Under the pieces are notes generated by a model. That model was given only the letters and a program-made list of their open reading frames with translations. It was not told the DNA's origin and made no database searches. A stretch of DNA of 64,000 nt from NCBI GenBank assembly GCA_902803315.1, contig CADCPM010000085.1, positions 35 through 64,034 on the forward strand. Reading direction: 5' to 3'. Shown piece by piece: positions 44,781 to 53,103 of the stretch (position 1 is the stretch's first letter; every line of letters starts with the position of its first letter). A program made the position numbers and the translations under genes. Source of the DNA: an uncultured Coriobacteriaceae bacterium (lineage in GTDB: Bacteria; Actinomycetota; Coriobacteriia; Coriobacteriales; Atopobiaceae).

Positions 44781-44878
44781 GATTCTCCTTCTGAAAACAT
44801 TCAGCTTTGTAGCGTTCCATAGTTTATCGCAATTTGAATTGTTTGGCCAAACTTGGAATGAGTCTTTGAGTTTGGTCG

Positions 44879-44981
44879 CCCATGCCTCGCGTCCGTGCCG
44901 CCCCGCATGCGGCGACTCACGAAGTGAGCGAGCGAGGCGAGCGCGGAGCCGCATGCGGGCTGGGCGGACGCGGGGCATGGG
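44879..44981 (+). repeat. Family-1 hairpin element.
   Basis: Core GGCGACTCACGAAGTGAGCGAGCGAGGCGAGCGCGGAGCCGC. The arms are CCCATGCCTCGCGTCCGTGCCGCCCCGCATGC and GCATGCGGGCTGGGCGGACGCGGGGCATGGG. Confidence 0.9.
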
Positions 44982-45185
44982 CGAGCAAGGTGAGCGCAGG
45001 GTCGCATGCGGGGTGACGTGGACACGAGCGCGGAACTGCATACGAAGCGACGTGCCTGTACAAACAGGCCTCCGTAATAGTGGGGATATGGACAGATGCG
45101 AATCTTTGAAATGGGAGCGCTAAAGAATATCCAAGATGCGTTAGCATACACTTGTGGCTAATGCGACCAGAAACGGAGATCAGTC

Positions 45186-47072
45186 ATGACTGTTGAATAT
45201 CGCCTTTGTAATGTGGTTCTCTCGGACGGGGTTCGCTCAGAAGCCTATCCCGAAATGTACGTGCGAAAGAGTACGCCCGCTTATACACGCGAAGACGGTG
45301 TCTCGGTGCTTTCTGACCCCACGTATGCCAAGTATGACTTCCTCACCTATTTCAACGCTTTTTCTAACGCTAAGTGGCGTCGGTATACCCGTATTAGCAA
45401 CGTAAGCCTTTGCTTGGTCGCTAAGGGTGAGTTCGACGTGAATCTTGTTTCGTGCGAGCAAACCATGGCACGGCCCAAGGTAACCATACTCACGAAGAGC
45501 CATCAAGAACTCAGTGACTATACAGAGATCAAGCTAGATTATCCCGAAACGGATGCGTTGCTGTTGTCATTTGAGATTGTGACTCACGGCGAGGTGGAGA
45601 TTCGTGAGGCCTACTACTTCACGAAGGTGGACGAGTCGCTTTTGCGGCCTGTGGAACTTGCGGTTGCAACGACGACCTTCCAGAAGGAAGACTACGTTAT
45701 TCCCAACATCAAGCTCTTCGAACGCGATGTAATCGGAAGTGACGAACCCATCGCGAGCCACTTCACGTTGCATGTAATAGACAATGGGCGAACGTTGGAT
45801 CCCGCGGAGCTTGAATCGGAGCACGTCCACATACACCCCAACCCAAACGTCGGGGGAGCCGGCGGGTTCGCCCGTGGCATGATAGAGGCCATGGAACAAA
45901 GTCCGCGAGCGACGCATGTGCTGCTTATGGATGACGACGTGCAGATATCTCCCGAAAGCCTTAAGCGGACCTACAATCTGCTTGCGCTGGTAAACGACGA
46001 ATATCGGGATGCTTTTATCAGCGGCGCCATGATCTCGTTCGAGCGCCAGGATGAGTTCTATGAGGATGTGGGATACGTGCGCCAGGGTGGACTCTACGGT
46101 CCGGTAAAGGAGACCCGTTCGCTGTATCCAGGCGTTTCCGAGCACTTTGTTATTTCGGACCTGGAAGACGTCGTAAAGCTCGATTCAATAGAGATTCGTC
46201 GGAATAACCGCTACGCGGGCTGGTGGTATTGCTGCATACCCGTCAGCTCGATTGAGCGTAACGGCCTTCCGCTGCCTGTCTTTATTCGTGGCGATGATGC
46301 GGAGTACGGCAACCGATGCGCCGAGCACTTCATTACGATGAACGGCATCTGCATTTGGCATCTTACCCTCGGTTTTAAGTTCCGCGCATCCCTTGAGCGC
46401 TATCAGGTCCCACGCAATTCGCTCATAGCGCAGGCCACGACCGGCGTTTACAACGACGTGAACTTCCTTGAGGACGTACACGTGAAGTTCTATTTGGACC
46501 TGAAGACGTTCAACTATGAAGGCGCAGAGCTTAGCATCGAGGCGCTGGAAGACTATATGAAGGGGCCAGAGTTTCTTAAGCACGTTAATGCGGCAGAGCT
46601 CAATAGCCGTTTGGCTGCCATGAACGACCGGCTCGTGCCCATAGACCAAATTGATGACCCCTTGCTTGAGGGCGTGGAGTTCAATCCGTCTCTTCTCTAT
46701 GAGGAGATAAAGAGGAATCTTGTTGAGAGGGCCTATGACCTCCTTACGGTAAACGGACAACGCGGCCCGCAGAACCTTGGCGGTGGCGGACTTGGTATTA
46801 TCCCCTACGACGGATGGCTGTACTCGCCTAACCAAATACGCGGTAAGGACGCATTGCTTGCGGTGTCGGCTGACGGTACGCAGGGCGTGCTTCATAAGAA
46901 GGACCGTGCTCAGTTCAAAAAGCTGCTCAAGCGTTACAAGGCAACGCTCAAGGATTTTTACGCGCGCCGTGAGGAAATCTCCGCCCAGTGGGCGGCCGCG
47001 AGGGACGAGCTAACATCCGTTGAGTTTTGGAAGTGGTACCTCGAAGACCAGGCCAAAGACCTAGACGAGTAG
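45186..47072 (+). CDS. GlfT2-like polymerising galactofuranosyltransferase homologue (GT2).
   Basis: It is colinear with my recollection of M. tuberculosis GlfT2 (Rv3808c). 'YFNAFSNAKWRRYT' matches 'YFNAFPASYWRRWT'. 'NPNVGGAGGFARGMIEA..VLLMDDDVQISPESL' matches 'QPNLGGSGGYSRVMYEA..ILFMDDDIRLEPDSI'. 'YAGWWYCCIP..LPLPVFIRGDDAEYG' matches 'YNGWWTCMIP..QPLPLFIKWDDADYG'. The sizes are similar (628 vs ~637 aa). Confidence 0.8.
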   Translation: MTVEYRLCNVVLSDGVRSEAYPEMYVRKSTPAYTREDGVSVLSDPTYAKYDFLTYFNAFSNAKWRRYTRISNVSLCLVAKGEFDVNLVSCEQTMARPKVTILTKSHQELSDYTEIKLDYPETDALLLSFEIVTHGEVEIREAYYFTKVDESLLRPVELAVATTTFQKEDYVIPNIKLFERDVIGSDEPIASHFTLHVIDNGRTLDPAELESEHVHIHPNPNVGGAGGFARGMIEAMEQSPRATHVLLMDDDVQISPESLKRTYNLLALVNDEYRDAFISGAMISFERQDEFYEDVGYVRQGGLYGPVKETRSLYPGVSEHFVISDLEDVVKLDSIEIRRNNRYAGWWYCCIPVSSIERNGLPLPVFIRGDDAEYGNRCAEHFITMNGICIWHLTLGFKFRASLERYQVPRNSLIAQATTGVYNDVNFLEDVHVKFYLDLKTFNYEGAELSIEALEDYMKGPEFLKHVNAAELNSRLAAMNDRLVPIDQIDDPLLEGVEFNPSLLYEEIKRNLVERAYDLLTVNGQRGPQNLGGGGLGIIPYDGWLYSPNQIRGKDALLAVSADGTQGVLHKKDRAQFKKLLKRYKATLKDFYARREEISAQWAAARDELTSVEFWKWYLEDQAKDLDE

Positions 47073-47085
47073 GTGAGGCACAGGC

Positions 47086-47919
47086 ATGTTTCTCAATGAC
47101 TTGTATCACGCGCTTAACCCAGTCGCATTTGCGATTGGGCCCTTTGTGGTGCGGTGGTATGGCATAGCGTATCTCGCTGGCTTTATCTTGGGCGGCATTC
47201 TGCTGTATAGGGTCGCTCGCAGGTGGAAGCTCGACCTTACGAGTGACGACGTGCTTAGCATTATGACGGGTATTTGCCTGGGAATCGTGTTGGGCGGACG
47301 TTTGGGATACGTGCTGTTTTACGGCGCTGGCTACTACCTTGCCAATCCGTTGCAAATCTTTGCCATCAACGAGGGCGGCATGAGCTTCCATGGCGGCCTC
47401 ATAGGTGCTGTGGTGGGCGGCTCGATTGTGTGCAAGCAATGCGGAATATCCATTCCCACCATATGTGACCTCGGCGCCATCGTCACGCCAGTGGGACTGT
47501 TTTTTGGAAGATGCGCCAACTTCATTAACGGTGAGCTGTGGGGGAAGGAGACAGATCTCCCCTGGGGCGTCATGTTCCCAACGGGCGGTAACGTGTACCG
47601 CCATCCGTCGCAGCTCTACGAGGCCGTGCTGGAAGGGCTGATTATGTTTGCCATCCTGTGGGCGCTGTCTCGTAAACTGCCGCCGCGACCGCAAGGGACG
47701 TTTATGGGCGTCTTTCTTGCCTGGTATGGCATCGCGCGCATTCTGGTTGAGTTCGTGCGGGTGCCAGACTCTCAGCTTGGTTACCTGTTTGGCGGCGTCG
47801 TAACCATGGGACAGATACTGTCGCTTCCGCTGGTGATCGGTGGCGTGGCGCTGCTCGTGTGGGCACACAAGATGCAAAGACCGCAAGTCGGGCATCTGGA
47901 AGAAAAGACACAAGATTAG
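47086..47919 (+). CDS. lgt: Prolipoprotein diacylglyceryl transferase.
   Basis: 'FAIGPFVVRWYGIAYLAGFILG', 'GGMSFHGGLIG', 'GRCANFINGELWGKETDLPWGVMFP', 'RHPSQLYEAVLEG'. Confidence 0.95.
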   Translation: MFLNDLYHALNPVAFAIGPFVVRWYGIAYLAGFILGGILLYRVARRWKLDLTSDDVLSIMTGICLGIVLGGRLGYVLFYGAGYYLANPLQIFAINEGGMSFHGGLIGAVVGGSIVCKQCGISIPTICDLGAIVTPVGLFFGRCANFINGELWGKETDLPWGVMFPTGGNVYRHPSQLYEAVLEGLIMFAILWALSRKLPPRPQGTFMGVFLAWYGIARILVEFVRVPDSQLGYLFGGVVTMGQILSLPLVIGGVALLVWAHKMQRPQVGHLEEKTQD

Positions 47920-47928
47920 GAACAGGTC

Positions 47929-47998
47929 CCAACTAAGGGACAGTCCCCAAGTTATGGCTTGCGTTTAAACCATAACTTGGGGACTGTCCCTTAGTTGG
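47929..47998. repeat. Family-2 palindrome, extended nested form (putative bidirectional terminator).
   Basis: CCAACTAAGGGACAGTCCCCAAGTTATGG-CTTGCGTTTAAA-CCATAACTTGGGGACTGTCCCTTAGTTGG has 29-bp arms, each containing the GGGACWGTCCC mini-palindrome. It lies between the convergent genes lgt and deoC. Confidence 0.85.
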
Positions 47999-48007
47999 CG
48001 TTGAGCG

Positions 48008-48718
48008 TTAGTTCTGGCGAGAGAGCTGCTCGAAGATGCTTACGCTGGCAGAGCAACCAATGCGGTCTACCCCTGCGTCCACGAAGGCGAGGAACTCCTC
48101 GGGCGTGCGGATACCGCCGGCGGCCTTGACCTTTACGGCGGGGTCGGTGTTATTGCGCATTAGCCTTATGTCGTCGAGCGTGGCACCGCCTGTGCCAAAG
48201 CCCGTGGAGGTCTTTATGAAGTCGGGGCGAACCTCGCTGGCCAAATGACAGAGCGCGATCTTCTCTTCGTCGGTAAGGTAGCAGTTCTCGAAAATGACCT
48301 TGCACGTTATGGGATCGCTTGCCCCGCGCATTCCGCCGCCGCGACCCTCGTGGCAGAGCGACACGATGCTTTCCATCTCCTCGCGCACGTAGTCCCAGTC
48401 GCCGTTCTTTACCTCGGTGAGGTTAACGACGTAGTCGATCTCGTCGGCGCCGCACTCAATGGCGTCTCGCGTCTCCTGCACCTTGGCATAGATGCTGGTT
48501 TGTCCCAGCGGAAACGATATGGCCGCGCCTACGTGCACGTCGGTGTCCTTGAGCAACTCATGACAAAACCGTGCCTGGACTTGGTTGACGGCCACCATGG
48601 CAAAGCCCCACGCCTGTGCTTCGTTGCACAGCAGCTGCATGTCTTGGTTGCTGGCGTCGGCGTGGAGGTTGGTGTGGTCCACGAGTTTGGCAAGTTGGGT
48701 AAGATCACGTGTTGGCAT
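48008..48718 (-). CDS. deoC: Deoxyribose-phosphate aldolase.
   Basis: 'LAKLVDHTNLHADAS', 'FIKTSTGFGTGGATLDDIRLM' (Schiff-base Lys), 'VKAAGGIRT'. ATG 48718 after AGGAAGG is preferred over GTG 48748. Confidence 0.9.
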   Translation of the reverse strand: MPTRDLTQLAKLVDHTNLHADASNQDMQLLCNEAQAWGFAMVAVNQVQARFCHELLKDTDVHVGAAISFPLGQTSIYAKVQETRDAIECGADEIDYVVNLTEVKNGDWDYVREEMESIVSLCHEGRGGGMRGASDPITCKVIFENCYLTDEEKIALCHLASEVRPDFIKTSTGFGTGGATLDDIRLMRNNTDPAVKVKAAGGIRTPEEFLAFVDAGVDRIGCSASVSIFEQLSRQN

Positions 48719-48769
48719 GCTTGTTCCTTCCTGTGTGGCCTGTGCCACTCCATGTTTGTGGATTGGGGG

Positions 48770-51670
48770 CTACGACATGAGCTCCACAACGCTGTCGAAC
48801 TTGACTGAGGAAGTTGCCACTGCCTCGCGAGAGCCAAAGACGACCACAGTGTTCTTGTTGGTGGCGTCCTGCAAGGAAGGTGCGAGGCTCTTAAGGTCGG
48901 AGGCGCTGGTAGCGAGCTCTTGTGCGCGTACGGCGTCGCGCCACCCTTCGGGCTTTCCCGAAAGGTAGAGCACGTCCTGTCGACGCGCGAGTGCCCGTGG
49001 CTTTTGTGGCGTGTCGTGCGTCGCAACGGTGGAGACAATATAGCCCGCAAGCTCGTCGTCGGTGGGCTGCCAATCCTTAAGCCAAGTGGCGGCCTCGTCG
49101 TAGCGAGCAAGCGTCGCGTCGATGCCTGGGTCCCTGTAGGACCAGAACTGGATGAGGCCGTTTTGCGTGTGACGGAAGCCCGTGCCGTACGCGCCGCCCT
49201 TTACGCGCACCTCGTTCCAAAGGTAATCGTAGGAAAGGACGCGATTTGCGATGCACCAATTGCCGTAGGAGGCGGTGTCCTGTGCGGATGGTGCGGATCC
49301 CCTGGCCACATAGTTAACGTTGGAGGGGATTATGAACGCTTCGTTTTGCGGAACAAGCGTCGGCACCTCAAGATGCCCGTTTGTGGATTGCGCGGGAGCC
49401 AGGCCAAGCCGTCCCGCTGCCTCCCAATAGCGCTCCCTATCGTCGGCGGCGCCGGTAAAGCTCACGAGTACGTTGTCCGCAGTAAAGACGCGCTGGCTGA
49501 TTTCGCGGATGCGCGTAACAAGATCGCCCTTTCGCTCGTCCCAGTTGCCGAGCAGTTCCTTAAGGAAGAGGTAGTACTCCACCCCGCCCATCGCTGCCGC
49601 GACCTTGGCGCTGGCGGCGTATTGGGTGGACAGTCGCGACATGGCTGACGCGTGTCCCGCGTTGGTGAAGTGCTGTTCCAAGGCAATGCGCCTTTGTTGC
49701 AGGATGGCCAGCATGCGATCCGTGTCCTCGAAGAGGGTGTGACCCCACACCTCTTGGGGAATGGTCGCCAGCTTGTCCACGTTTTCCGAAAGGGCGCTTG
49801 CGCCCACAACCAAGTAGGGGAGCGCGGTGCCCAGGTCGCCGTTCTTGGAATGGGTCTCTGCGAAGAAGTCCAAGGTGCCGAGGTTGAGTTCCACCAACGT
49901 GTCGAGCTCAGAAGCGCTGTACGTTGTGGTTGGCAGCTTGCCCAACAGGCTGTTGAGGATCGCTACGTAGGGAAGCTCCTCAAATGCAAGGTGACTCAGG
50001 CTGAAGTAGTGGTACACGTAGTCGATGTGACGCGTTTCCATCTCGTGGGCAATGCAGGGCAGGGGTGCATCCACGTGCAGCAGCGGAGGCTCGGCTTCGG
50101 CATCTTCGATATCGGACACCTTGAGCTGGGGAAGCGTCGCAAGGTCCTGTGGGTCGTCGGGGGTCTCTTGCTCCAGGCGAAGTGCGGCGACTTCCGCGTG
50201 TACGGCGGCAATCTCGTTTTCGTCCATGGCGCCAAGCTTCTGTGCGAGCTCTTGGGCCTCCTCGGCGTTAGCGGCGTCTTCCGTGGGCACGAGTTCGACT
50301 TCGGCGTTGTGGTTGCTCGTGCATACCACCTCGCGCAGGAGGTCCTCAAAATAGCCTTGGTCCACGCCCTGTTTCATGTTTTGGATGGCGTCCTCATAGC
50401 GGAGGTAGTCTATGGGGTGGTTGTCGTCGTAGAGCCAGCTGGACATAACCTGCACCGAGAGCGCGACTCCGGTGGGATAGGGCCCAAAGTCCTGCTCGCG
50501 AAGGTTAAACTCGGCCTGTGCGAGCGATGCGCGCAGCTGGTCGCGTCCGATGCCGCTCTCTACGAGTTCCGCGCAGGTGCTCTCGACAAGTTCGCGGAAC
50601 TTCTCGGCAACGTTTGGCTTTGCCCCCTTAAGCATGAAGAGGATGCGAGGCTGCAGCTCGCCGTCCACCAAGAACGCGTTAAAGTCGTCGGCAAGCCCTG
50701 CCTCGAGCACCTTTCGCTTGAGCGGTGCCTCGTTGGAACCTGCGAGTGCGTCGGTGAGCACGTCGCACGCCAGCACACGTTCCCTGTTTTCGAATGAACC
50801 AACCACATACGCCAACGCGACCGCGGCGTTCTCGGGGGCGGTTGCCATGCGTACGGTGCTGAGTCCAGCGCAAATGGGCTCTTGGACAGGCAGGGGATTG
50901 GGGCTGCCGGCATCTTGCTGCGCCGCACCGCACAGGCGCTCGTCGATGAAGGCGAGCTCGCGCTGGATGTCCATGTTGCCATACAGGACGATGTAGCTGT
51001 TGGACAGGGCGTAGTGGCGCTGGTGGTTGTTCAGGAACTCCTCGTAGGTAAGACTCGGTATGGCACGTGGGTCGCCGCCGGACTCAAACCTATAGGGTGA
51101 GTCGGGAAACAGCGCGCGGTCGACGCCGAGGAAGAGAACGTCGTCGGGGTCGGACGTGGCACCCTTCATCTCGTTGAACACGACGCCGTTGTAGACGAGC
51201 TTGCCCTCGTCGTCTATCTCGTAATGCCATCCTTCCTGCTCGAAGATGCGGGGGCGCTGGTAGATGGCTGGGTGCAACACCGCATCCAGGTAGACGTCCA
51301 CCAGATTTTCCAGATCGGCCGTGTTGGTGGAGGCGACGGGATACATGGTCTTGTCGGCAAAGGTGAGGGCGTTAAGGAACGTCTGCATGGACGTCTTGAG
51401 CAAATTGACGAATGGCTCCTTTACGGGGAACCGGTCGCTACCGCAAAGGACGGAGTGCTCAAGGATGTGAAAGACGCCCGTGTCGTTGGCCGGGGGCGTC
51501 TTAAAGGCGATGGCAAAGGACTTGTTGTTGTCGTCGCAACTGAGCCAAAGGGTTCGCGCGCCACTTTGCGTGTGGCGCATTACGAACGCGGTGCCCGAGA
51601 TCTCGGGCACCGCAATGGCATCTACGACCAAAAATCCCTCGTATTCTTTTCCAAGTTCCAGCGAATCCAT
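48770..51670 (-). CDS. M16-family zinc metallopeptidase, PreP/insulinase-like (966 aa).
   Basis: Inverted zinc motif 'VFHILEHSVLCGS' (HxxEH), 'PFVNLLKTSMQTFLNALTFADKTMYP', and a four-domain length. The ATG at 51670 follows AAAGGAGG. Confidence 0.9.
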   Translation of the reverse strand: MDSLELGKEYEGFLVVDAIAVPEISGTAFVMRHTQSGARTLWLSCDDNNKSFAIAFKTPPANDTGVFHILEHSVLCGSDRFPVKEPFVNLLKTSMQTFLNALTFADKTMYPVASTNTADLENLVDVYLDAVLHPAIYQRPRIFEQEGWHYEIDDEGKLVYNGVVFNEMKGATSDPDDVLFLGVDRALFPDSPYRFESGGDPRAIPSLTYEEFLNNHQRHYALSNSYIVLYGNMDIQRELAFIDERLCGAAQQDAGSPNPLPVQEPICAGLSTVRMATAPENAAVALAYVVGSFENRERVLACDVLTDALAGSNEAPLKRKVLEAGLADDFNAFLVDGELQPRILFMLKGAKPNVAEKFRELVESTCAELVESGIGRDQLRASLAQAEFNLREQDFGPYPTGVALSVQVMSSWLYDDNHPIDYLRYEDAIQNMKQGVDQGYFEDLLREVVCTSNHNAEVELVPTEDAANAEEAQELAQKLGAMDENEIAAVHAEVAALRLEQETPDDPQDLATLPQLKVSDIEDAEAEPPLLHVDAPLPCIAHEMETRHIDYVYHYFSLSHLAFEELPYVAILNSLLGKLPTTTYSASELDTLVELNLGTLDFFAETHSKNGDLGTALPYLVVGASALSENVDKLATIPQEVWGHTLFEDTDRMLAILQQRRIALEQHFTNAGHASAMSRLSTQYAASAKVAAAMGGVEYYLFLKELLGNWDERKGDLVTRIREISQRVFTADNVLVSFTGAADDRERYWEAAGRLGLAPAQSTNGHLEVPTLVPQNEAFIIPSNVNYVARGSAPSAQDTASYGNWCIANRVLSYDYLWNEVRVKGGAYGTGFRHTQNGLIQFWSYRDPGIDATLARYDEAATWLKDWQPTDDELAGYIVSTVATHDTPQKPRALARRQDVLYLSGKPEGWRDAVRAQELATSASDLKSLAPSLQDATNKNTVVVFGSREAVATSSVKFDSVVELMS

Positions 51671-51687
51671 GCGATCCTCCTTTGGTC

Positions 51688-51722
51688 GTAGGGCCGCAGG
51701 AAGATAATTGATGCGGCCCTAC
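51688..51722 (-). terminator. Stem-loop between the hydrolase-like gene and the M16 peptidase gene.
   Basis: 11-bp stem GTAGGGCCGCA / TGCGGCCCTAC with a 13-nt loop. On the minus strand it follows the stop of 51734..52849 by about 12 nt and precedes the M16 RBS. There is no U-tract. Confidence 0.35.
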
Positions 51723-51733
51723 AACATGGTTAT

Positions 51734-52849
51734 TTAGATTCCGTCCATTTCGGACGCCACGCTTGAGTACCACTCTTGGTAGTTGGGCGGACAATAGCGT
51801 TCTGCACCCTCCAGCGTAAGCGTGCCGTCGTAGCCTGTTGCCAGACCCTCTACCTGTTCGTAGATGGCCGACTCCCAGCTGTCCCAATTCGAGCTGCCCC
51901 ATCCCCAGGCGTTGTGATCCTTAAAGCATACGCTTCCCTTGCCGCTCTCGATGGTAGCGATGGCAGGAGAGAGGCGCGGGTCCACGCCGTATTGCGCTGC
52001 CGCCGCGGCAAAGGTCTCGCCGTAGCCCGCAAGGGGAGAGCCCTCCAAATACGCGTTTATGCGCGAGGCCCAGTCGCCGGTTTCGTCGGATGTGACGTTT
52101 GACACCAGCGGGTCGGTGCTTACGTTGGTGGTCTCGGGAATCTCGATCGTGGCCGTATTTCCCGAGCTGGTAACAAAGGTGGCCTGGCCACCCTCCTTCT
52201 TCGCGGCCTCGTCCAGGGCGTGCTGCACTACCTGCAGGGCTGCCTCGCGGTTGTCCTTTTCCTGCGTGGCAATGGTTATGGCATGGGTTTGGAGCTCGGT
52301 GCGCGCGGCACGAGCTTCCTCCAGGGCGGCGCGAGCCTCTTCCCTTCGCTGCGTCGCCGCATCGTGCTGAACCGTGAGCATGGCCTTGGTTTGGGCAAGC
52401 TCGTCGGTCATCCCGGAAAGGGCCGTTATCTCCTTGGTGTTGTGCTCGTGAATGGTGTCGAGGTAGCGTAGCGTGGTGAGAAAGTCATCGAAGCTCTCGG
52501 CAGTCAGTATGATTTCCAGAAGGTTGCTGGAGGTCTGTTGAAACACATACATATTGCGCACGGATGCCGCCGTTCGCTCCCGTTGGGCGGGAAGCTGTGC
52601 CTCGAGCTCTGCGGCACGAGCCTCGTTTTGGGAGATCTGCTCCTCCAGATCTATGACCGTTGCCTCAGCCTCTTGGTAGGCGGTAGTGGTCGCCTCGATC
52701 TTTGCCACAAGGGCATCGGCCTCGCCTTGCAGCTTGCCGATTTCGGAGGGCTCCTCGTTGGCAAAGACATGCGAAGGCACAAGGGCACATACGAGGAAAA
52801 GGGAGCACGTAAGGATGCCTATCCGGTAAAACGCTGTGTTGTGTTTCAT
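51734..52849 (-). CDS. Secreted coiled-coil protein with a C-terminal lysozyme-like (SLT/glucosaminidase-like) domain. Putative cell-wall hydrolase of PcsB/CwlO/RipA-like architecture.
   Basis: Signal peptide 'MKHNTAFYRIGILTCSLFLVCALVPSHVFA', then about 200 aa of heptad-rich sequence. The C-terminus reads 'AAAQYGVDPRLSPAIATIESGKGSVCFKDHNAWGWG'. The domain assignment is tentative. Confidence 0.55.
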   Translation of the reverse strand: MKHNTAFYRIGILTCSLFLVCALVPSHVFANEEPSEIGKLQGEADALVAKIEATTTAYQEAEATVIDLEEQISQNEARAAELEAQLPAQRERTAASVRNMYVFQQTSSNLLEIILTAESFDDFLTTLRYLDTIHEHNTKEITALSGMTDELAQTKAMLTVQHDAATQRREEARAALEEARAARTELQTHAITIATQEKDNREAALQVVQHALDEAAKKEGGQATFVTSSGNTATIEIPETTNVSTDPLVSNVTSDETGDWASRINAYLEGSPLAGYGETFAAAAAQYGVDPRLSPAIATIESGKGSVCFKDHNAWGWGSSNWDSWESAIYEQVEGLATGYDGTLTLEGAERYCPPNYQEWYSSVASEMDGI

Positions 52850-52952
52850 GGTGCATCTTTCTTTATTAGTTATGCTGCGTTTGTCCCGCATTCTAGCATA
52901 AGGCGGGGCGCTTTTCGTTTGAGGGCCTTCGCTGGAAGGAGCTGCTCATAGC

Positions 52953-53038
52953 TCTCCGCCTGCGACGCGGCCCGCAAGCGGCTCCGCGCTCGCTCACTTC
53001 GTGAGTCGCCGCTTGCGGGCCGCGTCGCAGGCGGGAGA
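52953..53038 (-). repeat. Family-1 hairpin element, short-core variant (core on the minus strand).
   Basis: The plus strand reads GCTCCGCGCTCGCTCACTTCGTGAGTCGCC, with only one GCGAGCG unit. The arms TCTCCGCCTGCGACGCGGCCCGCAAGCGGC / GCCGCTTGCGGGCCGCGTCGCAGGCGGGAGA form 30 bp with one bulge. Confidence 0.85.
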
Positions 53039-53103
53039 GATGCGGAGGTAGGCGGGAGGGCATGAGCAGCAGCGATGAGGTCCGAAATACTCCATAAGCT
53101 GGG

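Noticed and set aside
44781-45041. N-terminal extension of the GT8 ORF (the ORF-track start at 45041).
   Set aside because: The extension reads straight through the family-1 repeat 44879-44981 (translation ..RLRARLARSLRESPHAG..). The ATG at 44780 has a perfect AAGGAG RBS and gives a normal GT8 N-terminus.
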